Shown: positions 20,821-31,325, counted from the first letter of the stretch. The stretch: 59,425 nucleotides of DNA from Gammaproteobacteria bacterium (GCA_002730235.1 PBZS01000040.1:11385-70809); one strand, 5' to 3'. Notes: generated by a model from the sequence alone, not told the origin. Made by a program: numbers and translations.

Positions 20821-20849
20821 AGGATAATGGCTTTAAGTCCAACTTACAA
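20821..20849 (-). promoter_or_regulatory. Sigma70 promoter of rpsP operon
   Basis: Minus strand TTGTAA-17 bp-TATCCT followed by GC-rich discriminator TTCCCGCC; -35 overlaps the ffh stop. Confidence 0.55.
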
Positions 20850-22211
20850 CCGCGGCATACCGTCAGCAGGCGTGATTCCGGGGATTCCGCGCAACATTTT
20901 TTGCATCCCACCTTTTTTCCCTACTTTTTTCATCATTTTCGACATTTGTTTATGCTGTTTGAGGACTTTATTAACTTCTTGAACATCAGTCCCAGAACCG
21001 GCAGCAATACGTTTCTTACGTGAACCATTGATCACGTCCGCATCACGACGCTCGACAGGGGTCATCGAGTTAATAACCGCTTCCATTCGCGTGAATTGCT
21101 TTTCATCTACTTGATTTTGGATTTGCGCTCCCATCTGCCCCATCCCAGGAATTTTATCCGCTAACGCTTTCATACCGCCCATGTTGCGAATTTGCTGTAG
21201 TTGGTCTCGAAAATCTGCTAAGTCAAAACCCTTGCCCTTTAGGACTTTTTTGGCAACCTTTTCGGCTTTCTCTTTATCGAACTTTTGTTCTGCCTCTTCT
21301 ATAAGACTGAGAATATCGCCCATCCCCAAAATCCGTGAGGCAAGTCGGTCGGGATGAAAAGCCTCAAGCCCATCTACCGTCTCACCAACACCCATGAATT
21401 TAATCGGTTGTCCCGTAATGCTCTTAACCGATAACGCTGCACCTCCGCGTGCATCACCATCAACCTTGGTGAGGACGACACCGGTAAGCGGTAACACATC
21501 AGAAAACGCTTTAGCTGTATTCGCTGCATCTTGTCCAGTCATGGAATCGACAACAAACAGAGTCTCAATCGGACTGAGTACCTGATGGAGCTCCGAAATT
21601 TCTTTCATCATCGCCTCGTCGATCCCTAGTCGCCCCGCTGTATCCACAATTAATACGTCATAAGCCGCTGACTCTGCTTTTTGTAATGCATTTTTTGCCA
21701 AAGTTATCGGATTCTGGTCGGCTGTGGAGGGATAAACATCTACTTCGATCTGAGCACCAAGCGTAGCTATCTGTTCCATCGCGGCGGGACGATAGACATC
21801 CACGCTGACCATCAGAACTTTTTTCTTCTCTCGATCTTTAAGGAATTTCGAAACCTTTGCTGCTGTTGTGGTTTTTCCGACACCTTGAAGACCGGCTAAT
21901 AAAACGACCGCTGGCGCTCGTTGCGCTAAATTCAGGGATTCAGATGGTCCTCCGAGGACAGCTTCAAGTTCACTTTGCACAACTTTTAAAAACTGTTGAC
22001 CCGGAGTCAGACTGGCTCGTACCTCTCGACCAAGCGCCCGGGTTCTGACTTGAGATATAAATTGCTTCACCACAGGCAGTGCAACATCAGCTTCAACCAA
22101 AGCTTTACGGACTTCTTTTAGGGTGCTAGCTATATTGTCTTCCGTTAGGCGCGCTTTTTTACCCATCGTTTGAAGTGTCTTCGAAAGACGTTCGCTTAAT
22201 GAATTAAACAT
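20844..22211 (-). CDS. ffh: Signal recognition particle protein Ffh
   Basis: GLQGVGKTT, DVYRPAA, DTAGR, TKVDGDARGG, Met-rich M domain. Confidence 0.98.
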   Translation of the reverse strand: MFNSLSERLSKTLQTMGKKARLTEDNIASTLKEVRKALVEADVALPVVKQFISQVRTRALGREVRASLTPGQQFLKVVQSELEAVLGGPSESLNLAQRAPAVVLLAGLQGVGKTTTAAKVSKFLKDREKKKVLMVSVDVYRPAAMEQIATLGAQIEVDVYPSTADQNPITLAKNALQKAESAAYDVLIVDTAGRLGIDEAMMKEISELHQVLSPIETLFVVDSMTGQDAANTAKAFSDVLPLTGVVLTKVDGDARGGAALSVKSITGQPIKFMGVGETVDGLEAFHPDRLASRILGMGDILSLIEEAEQKFDKEKAEKVAKKVLKGKGFDLADFRDQLQQIRNMGGMKALADKIPGMGQMGAQIQNQVDEKQFTRMEAVINSMTPVERRDADVINGSRKKRIAAGSGTDVQEVNKVLKQHKQMSKMMKKVGKKGGMQKMLRGIPGITPADGMPRL

Positions 22212-22275
22212 GTGATCTCTTTAGCGTAAAGCTCGAACCGACTATGATAACGAAAAATCAAACCAGAGTAGGATA

Positions 22276-23064
22276 ATGTCTTTATTAGTTCCAGGAATAC
22301 TCGCAACGATAGCACTTGTCGCGTCAGGAATACGCCAACTCACAGTCTTTAGGAAAGGCGAAGCACGTGATACGTACTCATTAATCCTTGGTTTTGTGGG
22401 CTGCATAATAGCTGTTTTTCTGGTGATTCTGGGCCTGAATGAGAATGGTGGTCGCCCAACCACTGGTCTGATGGGAACCTTGCTAAGCGCTCTTCTGCTT
22501 TCAATAATCCTAGTTTCGAGTTTCAAACATCCAGTCAATACACTACTTATCGGAGTTGCTCCTCTGACTGGACTGTTAACGCTTATAACAGTAATGACCG
22601 GCCACGTACCGAGCCAAATGAGGCCTTTAACGTTTGAGATCGGTGTACATGTTGCGACATCGATTATTGCGTTTGGAGCTGTCGCTTATGCTGGGACTCT
22701 TGCAATTCTCTTGTCATGGCAGCACGCAAAATTAAAAGAAAGACCAGTAACGCCTTTGATTATTGTACTTCCGCCACTGGATGCGATGGAGCATCTATTT
22801 TTGCGAACAGTACAGTGTGCCTGGATCATCCTAACGATCGCACTCATGACAGGCTTGTTATATGTTGAGGACTTCTGGAGACAGCAGCTGGCTCATAAAA
22901 CCGCACTTTCCGTACTCGCTTGGCTCGGTATGGCCCTCGCTCTATGGCAACATCTAATAAAAGGTGGCGTGACACGTATGATGCGGAGAATAGCTATTGG
23001 TGCAGCCGCTTTCCTATGCATTGGTTATCTCGGTAGTAAAGCAATTCTGGAATTCATTATATGA
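22276..23064 (+). CDS. Cytochrome c assembly family inner-membrane protein (YpjD/CcsA-like)
   Basis: LPPLDAME, QQLAHKTALS, GYLGSK; eight-TM pattern; divergent from ffh as in other gammaproteobacteria. Confidence 0.85.
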   Translation: MSLLVPGILATIALVASGIRQLTVFRKGEARDTYSLILGFVGCIIAVFLVILGLNENGGRPTTGLMGTLLSALLLSIILVSSFKHPVNTLLIGVAPLTGLLTLITVMTGHVPSQMRPLTFEIGVHVATSIIAFGAVAYAGTLAILLSWQHAKLKERPVTPLIIVLPPLDAMEHLFLRTVQCAWIILTIALMTGLLYVEDFWRQQLAHKTALSVLAWLGMALALWQHLIKGGVTRMMRRIAIGAAAFLCIGYLGSKAILEFII

Positions 23065-23076
23065 CGATCTACAGTT

Positions 23077-24372
23077 TTGAGTGATATTTCGAACGAAATC
23101 TTATTTGGAATTTTGGTACTTCTGATCATTCTATCCGGCTTTTTTTCCAGCTCTGAAACAGGGTTGATGGCGATCAATCGCGTTAGATTGCAGCATCGGG
23201 CTGAGGAGGGTTCGAGAGAAGCTTCTCGAATTTTAGCATTACTCCAACGGCCTGACCGTCTAATCGGCTTGATCTTGATTGGTAATAATTTTGTAAATAT
23301 CCTTGCTTCTGCAATTGCAACAGTCCTTGCTGTTCGGATTTTTGGTGATGCTGGCGTAGCTATCGCTACTGGTCTATTAACACTGGTCATTCTTATTTTT
23401 GCGGAAGTTACACCCAAAACCTTTGCGGCATTGCATCCAGAAAGAATCGCCGGTCCAGCCAGCTTTGTTTTAATGCCGCTACTTCGCATTACTTATCCTC
23501 TCGTTTGGATGACTAATCTGCTGTGTAACGGATTATTGCGGGTGCTCGGAATAAATCCTGAACGGTCAAATCGGGACCGTCTGACCAAAGAAGAACTGCG
23601 TACGCTTATGATGCAGAGTGAGCATCGTATTCCCACCCGACGCCATGGGATGCTTCTATCGATTCTTGATCTTGAAAGAATTCAGGTTGATGAAATCATG
23701 GTTCCACGTGGGGACTTTATTGGGCTCGACCTGAGCGACGAAATAGAAGAACTAACCACTCAATTACGATCAACGCAACACACGCGACTCCCTGTATTCA
23801 ATGAGGATATCGAAAACCTATCCGGTATTTTACATGCGCGAACCGCACTCAAATTGATAGACGATCAGGAAATATTAGGAAACGAACAGGAATTTAAAAG
23901 TCGTTTAATCGAACTGTGTGAGGAACCATACTTTATCCCAAAAAGCGCAGCCTTACATACCCAATTATTTAATTTCCAGAAAGAAAGAGAACGACTTGCA
24001 ATCGTTGTAGATGAATATGGTGAAATCGAGGGTTTAGTCACGATCGATGACATCCTCGAAGAGATTGTTGGAGAATTTACAACAGATCATATCCAAGAAA
24101 CGTCGCCAGATGTCCATCCTCAAGGTGATGGAACATTTATCATCGATGGCTCGGCCACCGTCCGCGATGTCAATCGTATTCTAGAATGGGAACTGCCAAC
24201 CGATGGGCCTCGGACAGTCAGCGGGGTGATCGTCGAATTATTGGAATTTATTCCAGAGAATAGTCTCAGTATTCGACATGAAAACTATCGTCTTGAGGTC
24301 CTAGCTATACAAGATAATCGTGTCCGTTCAGTCAGAGCGTGGATAGTGGATGTGCCGAAAATCGATGGTTAA
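23077..24372 (+). CDS. corB: CNNM/CorB (YfjD) family CBS-domain Mg2+/Co2+ transporter
   Basis: SGFFSSSETG, ILIGNNFVNI, FAEVTPK, IMVPR, VVDEYG, DILEEIVGE; TTG start. Confidence 0.9.
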   Translation: MSDISNEILFGILVLLIILSGFFSSSETGLMAINRVRLQHRAEEGSREASRILALLQRPDRLIGLILIGNNFVNILASAIATVLAVRIFGDAGVAIATGLLTLVILIFAEVTPKTFAALHPERIAGPASFVLMPLLRITYPLVWMTNLLCNGLLRVLGINPERSNRDRLTKEELRTLMMQSEHRIPTRRHGMLLSILDLERIQVDEIMVPRGDFIGLDLSDEIEELTTQLRSTQHTRLPVFNEDIENLSGILHARTALKLIDDQEILGNEQEFKSRLIELCEEPYFIPKSAALHTQLFNFQKERERLAIVVDEYGEIEGLVTIDDILEEIVGEFTTDHIQETSPDVHPQGDGTFIIDGSATVRDVNRILEWELPTDGPRTVSGVIVELLEFIPENSLSIRHENYRLEVLAIQDNRVRSVRAWIVDVPKIDG

Positions 24373-24919
24373 ATACCATCAAAAAAAAATCCTCAACTAT
24401 TAAAGCGGTCAAACCCCAGATTTCTTGCTCAGCATAACGCCACCTTGGCATCCAACACTCAGAGACGCGATGTTGACCGCGGTCAAATATTGGTTGTTGT
24501 TCAATAAACTCAAACAACGGTATTGAGAACACTCTCGTAATCTCTTCTTCACATGGATAACCTGCAAGAGCCTCGTCAGACCAAAAAACACAAGGCATTA
24601 CTGATACCTTATGCAGGCTTTGAATTGGGCTCAGAAAACCAAGTGCATCATTGCTTGAGAGTAAAAGTCCAGTTTCCTCGGACAACTCGCGCAACGCGGC
24701 AACGATTGCTGACTGATCGCTTAATTCAAGTTTCCCGCCAGGGAGCGAGACTTCGCCAGCATGTGTGCGCAAATGCAGTGCTTTAACGCAAAGTGTCAGA
24801 CTAGGATGCTCGAGTCCTGATATTACAAACGCGACTGCAGCCCGCTCTCGACAGCGCGTTAAGTGCTCGGGCTCAAAAGGATAGAGTTTTTGCTTAACGC
24901 TCTGTTTCGTTACACGCAT
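24332..24919 (-). CDS. CoA pyrophosphatase (NudL/YeaB-type Nudix)
   Basis: LRTHAGEVSLPGGK, ALRELSEETG, IWGLTA. Confidence 0.88.
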   Translation of the reverse strand: MRVTKQSVKQKLYPFEPEHLTRCRERAAVAFVISGLEHPSLTLCVKALHLRTHAGEVSLPGGKLELSDQSAIVAALRELSEETGLLLSSNDALGFLSPIQSLHKVSVMPCVFWSDEALAGYPCEEEITRVFSIPLFEFIEQQPIFDRGQHRVSECWMPRWRYAEQEIWGLTALIVEDFFLMVFNHRFSAHPLSTL

Positions 24920-24953
24920 TCAGCTAGTATAGGAACAATTAACGGAGACCCCT

Positions 24954-25505
24954 ATGAACTTTTGCTCAAATTGTGGTGAGGCAACCATTAATCGAGTGCC
25001 TGAAGGCGATAATCGGCCCCGTGATCTGTGTGAACAGTGTGGGATAATTCATTATCAGAACCCAAAAATCATTGCGGGATGCGTTGTTCTTGATCAAAAC
25101 AAAGTGCTGCTTTGTAAACGAGCGATTGAACCTCGCTATGGATTATGGACATTACCAGCAGGTTTTATGGAAAACGGAGAAACAGTGGCTCAAGCCGCAT
25201 TACGTGAGACCTGGGAAGAAGCGCGCGCAACTCCTGTTCTTGATCAACTTTACATGGTCACATCAATACCAAGGATCAATCAGGTTTATATGTTATACCT
25301 AGCTTACCTCAACCATAGTCACTTTAACTCAGGGCCAGAAAGTCTTGAGACTAGGCTATTCTCACTTGAGGAAATCCCTTGGGATGAACTTGCTTTTCTC
25401 ACAGTTCGCGACACATTGATTCAACTAAAACAGGATCTAGCGATGGAGCGTTTCTCGTTACACTGTATTGACCGCGAGGAAACTCCTACATCTGCTAAGA
25501 GTTAA
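24954..25505 (+). CDS. Nudix hydrolase with N-terminal zinc ribbon
   Basis: MNFCSNCG...CEQCG..HYQNP; WTLPAGFMENGET...RETWEE. Confidence 0.9.
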   Translation: MNFCSNCGEATINRVPEGDNRPRDLCEQCGIIHYQNPKIIAGCVVLDQNKVLLCKRAIEPRYGLWTLPAGFMENGETVAQAALRETWEEARATPVLDQLYMVTSIPRINQVYMLYLAYLNHSHFNSGPESLETRLFSLEEIPWDELAFLTVRDTLIQLKQDLAMERFSLHCIDREETPTSAKS

Positions 25506-25825
25506 GTTCTTGGCTTGATATCCTCGACGCGAGTCATATCAAACGCAGGCTCTTCGTATGGATGCGCAGCGTACAACGCATTCTTGACCGGTTCTCGAAC
25601 TACGTCAGGTACCAACATCTCGATTCGCCATTCACTGACTTGTTCGATCATACCGACAGAACCTATATTAGGGTTTGCCGAATCGCCGGGTAGAAATTGG
25701 CCAACACCGAGACACTCCCACGAGCAATGGCTGTAAGCGCCCCATGCCCCTGCACCCTCGGCAAATAATGCTGATTTGAGAGATTCTTTTGCCTCGTCCG
25801 GTACAAAAACCACTAATTTATACAT
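25502..25825 (-). CDS. YqfO / NIF3-associated PII-like domain protein
   Basis: MYKLVVFVP, AGAWGAYSHCSW, GQFLP...ANP.IG, AHPYEEPA. Confidence 0.85.
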   Translation of the reverse strand: MYKLVVFVPDEAKESLKSALFAEGAGAWGAYSHCSWECLGVGQFLPGDSANPNIGSVGMIEQVSEWRIEMLVPDVVREPVKNALYAAHPYEEPAFDMTRVEDIKPRT

Positions 25826-26050
25826 TGGTTCCCTCCACGATCTAGAAAAATCAAAATGCTTTGTCCAGTTTTTTAAAAAAAAAACGGCAAAAATTGGACA
25901 AAAAATATCTTCGATAAAATTCTGTCTAAAAATCTGCGTAATTATTATCTATTTAGTATAAAAACAGTTGACGGTCAAAAGAATTAATAGCAATGTTCAG
26001 GACATAAGTTAGACAAAATATTTTGGTAATGGAAAGGGAAGAGAAAGCCC

Positions 26051-26254
26051 ATGTTGGTATTAACGCGCAAAATTGGTGAAAAAATTATCATTGGTGATGA
26101 CATATCGCTGACTATTTTAGGATTATTTGGTAATCATGTTCGACTAGGTATTAATGCTCCGAAGGCTGTAGATATACATCGGGAAGAAGTTTACGTAAAA
26201 ATACAGAACGATAACCAAGACCCTAGTATCCAGAACATCGCCGTCGGTCAGTAA
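26051..26254 (+). CDS. csrA: Carbon storage regulator CsrA/RsmA family protein
   Basis: [16 protein letters not shown]...GN.VRLGI.AP...IHREEVY.KIQ. Confidence 0.93.
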   Translation: MLVLTRKIGEKIIIGDDISLTILGLFGNHVRLGINAPKAVDIHREEVYVKIQNDNQDPSIQNIAVGQ

Positions 26255-26312
26255 AGCCCTAGTCTCTTTTGGACGCCGCGTGTAACCTTAGTGTGTAAAG
26301 CGGAGGTGTCCC

Positions 26313-27542
26313 ATGAGACAATTCTCATTCAAATCGTTTGTAGCCGGACTCATAATATTTGGGGCCGGGGTTGGTGGCTTTATCCAACTTACTCAGTCAA
26401 AACCGAGAGCAGAGATCACAGCAGCCCCTGCGACCACTTGGCGAGTATCAATGCAACGTGTCCACCCGCAAAATGTGTCTCCGGTTTTCAATGGTTTTGG
26501 TTTGGTGCAAAATCCAGACACTCAGACACTTAAGGCAAGGATGTCGACCGATGTGGCATCTCTCTACGTCCGGGAGGGATCTCGCGCTGAAGCCGGTCGT
26601 TTATTGATGAGGCTTGATGTCACAGATGCTGAAATCAAACTCTCACAAGCCAATGCGAGCCTTGCGGATGCTAAAGCGAGTCTCACTACCCTAAACACCA
26701 CTGAGACAAAGGATAAAGAGGCACTGACGCTAGACTTAGAAGCACTTGAAATCCTCATGCATAAGCTGACCCGAATCCTAGATTTAAAAAAACAAAACCT
26801 GACAAGCGAGCAAGAACTAGACACCGCTCGGCAAGCAGTTGTTAGCCAGAAGCTCCAAATCAATCGTCGAGAACTAGCTCTAGCAATCGTGAAATCCAAG
26901 CGGGTGCAACTAAAAACCGCAATCCAACGATTTAAAGCCGAAGTGCGCGCGGCCACTCGCGACTTCGAATCGGCGGAAGTCAAAGCACCAGCGAGTGGAC
27001 AAGTCATCGACGTCGACGTGGTGTCCGGCGACCGAGTCCAGGCCAACCAAAATCTACTGACATTTGCACCTGATTCTGGGCGTGAGATTCGAGTTCAAGT
27101 TCCAGCTGCCATTGGCCTAGTGTTATCAAATGCAATCAGTACACAAACCCCTATTTTTGCCTCAACCGATCATGGGACTGTGCTCCAACTAACTCGAGCC
27201 AGTGGGGTGCTGCGTGATAATACTGGATCCATCGATGCGTTCTTTGTTTCAAACGCCCAACTTCCTCCTACAGGAAGTGTTTTGTCGGTTTCGATCCAAT
27301 TAGTGGCTGAGCCATCGGTCGTTGTTTTACCAACAGATGCCATTTATGGCGGTAATATTGTGTATCGAATCACTTCAGATAACATCCTTGAAGCCATTAC
27401 AGTCGAGCACCTCGGCCAACGACCAGGAATCGCAAACACCGAAATCCTAGTGCGATCACCCAACATCCAAGATGGTGACCAAATCCTTGTCTCTCGTCTA
27501 CCGGCTGCCATCACTGGCCTAAAGGTTGAGATTATTCGGTGA
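26313..27542 (+). CDS. RND efflux periplasmic adaptor
   Basis: N-terminal TM anchor, VREGSRAEAG lipoyl half, long coiled coil, VKAPASGQV..V.V..GDRV; GGAGG RBS. Confidence 0.85.
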   Translation: MRQFSFKSFVAGLIIFGAGVGGFIQLTQSKPRAEITAAPATTWRVSMQRVHPQNVSPVFNGFGLVQNPDTQTLKARMSTDVASLYVREGSRAEAGRLLMRLDVTDAEIKLSQANASLADAKASLTTLNTTETKDKEALTLDLEALEILMHKLTRILDLKKQNLTSEQELDTARQAVVSQKLQINRRELALAIVKSKRVQLKTAIQRFKAEVRAATRDFESAEVKAPASGQVIDVDVVSGDRVQANQNLLTFAPDSGREIRVQVPAAIGLVLSNAISTQTPIFASTDHGTVLQLTRASGVLRDNTGSIDAFFVSNAQLPPTGSVLSVSIQLVAEPSVVVLPTDAIYGGNIVYRITSDNILEAITVEHLGQRPGIANTEILVRSPNIQDGDQILVSRLPAAITGLKVEIIR

Positions 27543-30500
27543 CTACCTTTGTACATCTGTTCGCCAAACATAAGGTTGCCGCCAATCTTTTGATGGTGGT
27601 CATGATAATCGCCGGTCTAATCGGTGTTGATCGATTACGGACCCAGTTTTTTCCTAGTTTTGATTTGGATATCATCACCATCTCGGTATCTTGGTCTGGC
27701 GCGACAGCTGAAGACGTTCAAGTCGGTCTCGCTATTCCAATTGAAAATTCAGTAAAAGAATTAGCAGTCATTGACTCGATTGATGCGACCAGCCAATTTG
27801 GATCTGCAAACTTTCGAATTGAGTTGGTGGAGGGGGCTAATCTTTCGCAAGCGCTTGACGACATTAGCCAGCGCATTAATCAAAATCTGATACTTCCGGA
27901 GGGGGCAGAAGACCCTGTAGTGTCCTCGTTAACACGGTACGAGAATATCTCAAATCTTCTGATCACGGGACCACTGACGCCTTTTGAGTTACAGAAACTT
28001 GCGCTGAAAGCTGAAAAAGAACTTTTGGCAAAAGGCATTCGAAGGGTCGAATTTCGAGGCCTTCCCGCTCGCGAGGTACAAATTGAAACCAGTGCTAAAA
28101 CCATCGCGTCTCTTGGCCTCACTCTAGATACACTCGCAGATCGAATTTTAACGCAAGCACTTGATTTACCTGCAGGGACCACCGGACGCGACGATGGGGA
28201 ACGTCAACTACGAAGCTTGGAACAAGGACGGAACCAAACGGATATCGCTAATACTATTATTTCTCTAGATAGCTCACCAGTTGGGGTGCGCCTTGGTAGC
28301 ATCGCTACCGTTCGCGATCGCGTCAATCCAAAAGCACCCTATCTGACCCACCAACGCCAGCTCGCTGTCGAAATTATTCCACAACGAACCGAGAATGACT
28401 CTACGCTCACGATGGCGGAAATTACTAACAAATGGATCGCCGAAACTACTCCACAACTGCCCGCAGGCACCCAACTGATCGTTCTTGATGAACGTTGGCA
28501 GTACTTAAATGATCGAATTAATCTGCTATTGAAAAATGGTCTCACCGGACTACTGTTTGTCATTATAATCCTATATCTATTCTTAAATCAGCGCGTTGCC
28601 TTTTGGGTTACTCTTGGTATCCCAGTCTCGTTTCTCGCGACACTCGGTATCCTCTGGCTGTTCGGCGGAACGATTAATATGATCAGTCTCTTCGGGATGA
28701 TTATGGCGCTTGGAATAATTGTTGATGATGCCGTCGTAGTCGCCGAAGATACTTTGACACTGTATCAATCAGGAGAAACATCCCTAAATTCTGCCTTACA
28801 GGGATCAGAACGCATGCTCGCACCTGTGGTCTCGTCAAGCCTCACGACGATCGCTGCCTTTACACCGCTTTTAATAGTTAGTGGTGTGATCGGGTCGATC
28901 CTTAAGGACATCCCAATTATTGTGATTTGTGTGATCATTGCATCTCTGATCGAGTGCTTTCTAATTCTTCCCGGACACTTGCAACAAAGCCTCAGCCGCG
29001 GACACCGCAATAGCGAAGGCAAAGTAAGAAAAGCGTTTGATCGAGGCTTCCTCAATTTCCGAGATAATACTTTTAGACCATTTGTTAGAGTTATTCTTAG
29101 AGCTCCAGCATTAACCCTGACCACTGCATTAACGGTATTTATTCTATCCGTGGGACTAATTTCGGGTGGACGAGTCAAATTTACGTTTTTTCCATCGATT
29201 GACGGCACCACCCTGTGGGCAGGGGCGCAATTCACCACCGGGACCACTCCTTACGATGTCGATCGATTTCTGGAACACCTCGAGAACACTGCGAATGAAG
29301 TAAACGACGAGTTCGGGGGCACCGTGATTCGTCATACATTGATGCAACACAGACAACTCTCAGCACCCGATAAGCGTGGAGAGACCGGTGATCATTTTGG
29401 GACATTGAAGGTAGTGCTGACCGGTGAGCTCAACGGACCACCCAACGAAGCCATTATCAATGCATGGCGACAAAAAATTCAGTTACCCGCAGGTATCGAG
29501 AAGTTCTCCATCCGCCAAGCAAGAGGCGGCCCCCCATCAAAGCCAATTGAGATCAAGCTGACCGGTGGTGATGCGGAGACTTTAAAGGCTGCGTCTCTGG
29601 AGATCCAAGATATCCTGAGACGCTACCCTGGCGTTTCGAATATTGATGATGACCTCCCCTTCGGCGCCGAACAGTTACTAGTGAGATTAACACCCCAAGG
29701 CCGGCAGCTAGATCTGACGTCACAACAATTAGCTCAACAACTTCGAGGTGCCTTTGAAGGTCGAAAACTGCAAACATTTTATGAGGATGGGATTGAAGTA
29801 GATGTGCTTCTCTCGTTATCTGAATCGGAGCGTGACCGGTTAGCGACTCTGGATAAGTTACCAATCATTACAGCTTCAGGAGCCACGATCTCGCTCCCTA
29901 TCGTCGCGACATTTGAATCAAAAAGAGGACTCGATAAACTGCGGCGAACGGACGGTCAATTGAGTATTGTGGTGAGTGCTGATGTGAATAATTTAACCGC
30001 TAATGCTTCCGAAATTCTCTCCAATATCCGCGCCATGGGATTGCCAGAAATCACAGCAAAGTTCGGATTAAAAGCCAGTATTCAAGGCCGTGCGCAAGAT
30101 CGTGAAGAAACATTCGCGGATATGAAGGTGGGTGTGTTGGTGGCATTGACCATGATCTATATTATCCTCGCATGGGTGTTCTCCAGTTATTCGTGGCCGT
30201 TTGCAGTGTTAATCGCCATTCCCCTAGGTTTAACCGGTGCGATCGGCGGTCACTGGCTTATGGGACTTGATCTCACTGTCCTATCTTTATTCGGCTTTTT
30301 CGGCTTATCCGGTATTGTGATTAACGACTCGATTGTCTTAGTGGACACCTACCGACGACTGATCGATACCGGTGAAGACCATATGGAGGCCATTGTCAAA
30401 GCGAGTTGCTTAAGGTTCCGGGCGGTGCTGGTGACATCTTTGACTACAATAGCGGGACTGACGCCTATCCTTTTCGAAACCTCACCCCAAGCTCAATTCC

Positions 30501-30658
30501 TCATTCCGATGGCGACAACCATCGTATTCGGTCTCGCGTATGGTACCGTGCTTGTATTGATGATCGTGCCCGCGGTCCTGAGTCTTATTGAGCGAAATCG
30601 TAGTCAAATAACGCACAAGCGTTTGAATAGCTCAACTGCTCAAGAGCCGATAAGTTAA
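27539..30658 (+). CDS. RND efflux permease (AcrB/MdtB family)
   Basis: 1039 aa; AANLLM, GIIVDDAVVVAE (TM4), GIVINDSIVLVD, RFRAVLVTSLTTIAGLTP; GTGA overlap with adaptor. Confidence 0.93.
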   Translation: MTTFVHLFAKHKVAANLLMVVMIIAGLIGVDRLRTQFFPSFDLDIITISVSWSGATAEDVQVGLAIPIENSVKELAVIDSIDATSQFGSANFRIELVEGANLSQALDDISQRINQNLILPEGAEDPVVSSLTRYENISNLLITGPLTPFELQKLALKAEKELLAKGIRRVEFRGLPAREVQIETSAKTIASLGLTLDTLADRILTQALDLPAGTTGRDDGERQLRSLEQGRNQTDIANTIISLDSSPVGVRLGSIATVRDRVNPKAPYLTHQRQLAVEIIPQRTENDSTLTMAEITNKWIAETTPQLPAGTQLIVLDERWQYLNDRINLLLKNGLTGLLFVIIILYLFLNQRVAFWVTLGIPVSFLATLGILWLFGGTINMISLFGMIMALGIIVDDAVVVAEDTLTLYQSGETSLNSALQGSERMLAPVVSSSLTTIAAFTPLLIVSGVIGSILKDIPIIVICVIIASLIECFLILPGHLQQSLSRGHRNSEGKVRKAFDRGFLNFRDNTFRPFVRVILRAPALTLTTALTVFILSVGLISGGRVKFTFFPSIDGTTLWAGAQFTTGTTPYDVDRFLEHLENTANEVNDEFGGTVIRHTLMQHRQLSAPDKRGETGDHFGTLKVVLTGELNGPPNEAIINAWRQKIQLPAGIEKFSIRQARGGPPSKPIEIKLTGGDAETLKAASLEIQDILRRYPGVSNIDDDLPFGAEQLLVRLTPQGRQLDLTSQQLAQQLRGAFEGRKLQTFYEDGIEVDVLLSLSESERDRLATLDKLPIITASGATISLPIVATFESKRGLDKLRRTDGQLSIVVSADVNNLTANASEILSNIRAMGLPEITAKFGLKASIQGRAQDREETFADMKVGVLVALTMIYIILAWVFSSYSWPFAVLIAIPLGLTGAIGGHWLMGLDLTVLSLFGFFGLSGIVINDSIVLVDTYRRLIDTGEDHMEAIVKASCLRFRAVLVTSLTTIAGLTPILFETSPQAQFLIPMATTIVFGLAYGTVLVLMIVPAVLSLIERNRSQITHKRLNSSTAQEPIS

Positions 30659-31322
30659 TATCGAGGTCCGATGCGAGTGATTGCGCAATAATTGGTAAAT
30701 ACTCAGGAGAACTGTGATCCATGCCAGCCGGAGGCAAATCTGGAGCATCCGTCTCAAGAAGCAGTCGATTGAGGGGCATCGAGCGAAATACTTGCAATGT
30801 CTTCGGTCGCGGCATACGCGTCAAAAGACCACCGGCACTTAAATATCCGCCCATTGCCAAATAATCAGCTGCAATATCCTCAGATCCTGAAAATGCATGA
30901 ATTACAAAACGACTAAGGCCGACTCTTTTGAGTGCTGAAATTACTTCGGGATGCGATTTCACTGCGTGAATAATTACTGGTCGATCCAATTCTTTAGCAA
31001 GAGCGAGTTGGCTCTCAAAAACAATCTCCTGTTCCTCTCGGATAGGCATTTGTCGCCTGAAATCGAGTCCAATCTCCCCCATCGCGTAGCGTGGATTCTC
31101 ACGCAAATAGCCCTCAAGTAGTGACATCCAGTCAGACGTTTGTACCGCATAGCGGGGATGCAAACCAAAGGCTAAAAAAGATGTTCGATCGACAAGCCAA
31201 TCCCACTGATCAGGGTTGGTCCCTGTCGCAATAAATTCGACTGATACTGCGGCTGCCGCTTTCTTCACAGATTCAGATGAAGCTGGCATCAACTCGAGAT
31301 GAACGTTGATATCGATCCACAT
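30585..31322 (-). CDS. TatD-family nuclease (YjjV-like)
   Basis: GLHP, GEIGLD, PVIIH, VIHAFSGS, LLETDAPD; follows prfC. Confidence 0.88.
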   Translation of the reverse strand: MWIDINVHLELMPASSESVKKAAAAVSVEFIATGTNPDQWDWLVDRTSFLAFGLHPRYAVQTSDWMSLLEGYLRENPRYAMGEIGLDFRRQMPIREEQEIVFESQLALAKELDRPVIIHAVKSHPEVISALKRVGLSRFVIHAFSGSEDIAADYLAMGGYLSAGGLLTRMPRPKTLQVFRSMPLNRLLLETDAPDLPPAGMDHSSPEYLPIIAQSLASDLDINLSALEQLSYSNACALFDYDFAQ

Positions 31323-31325
31323 CGA

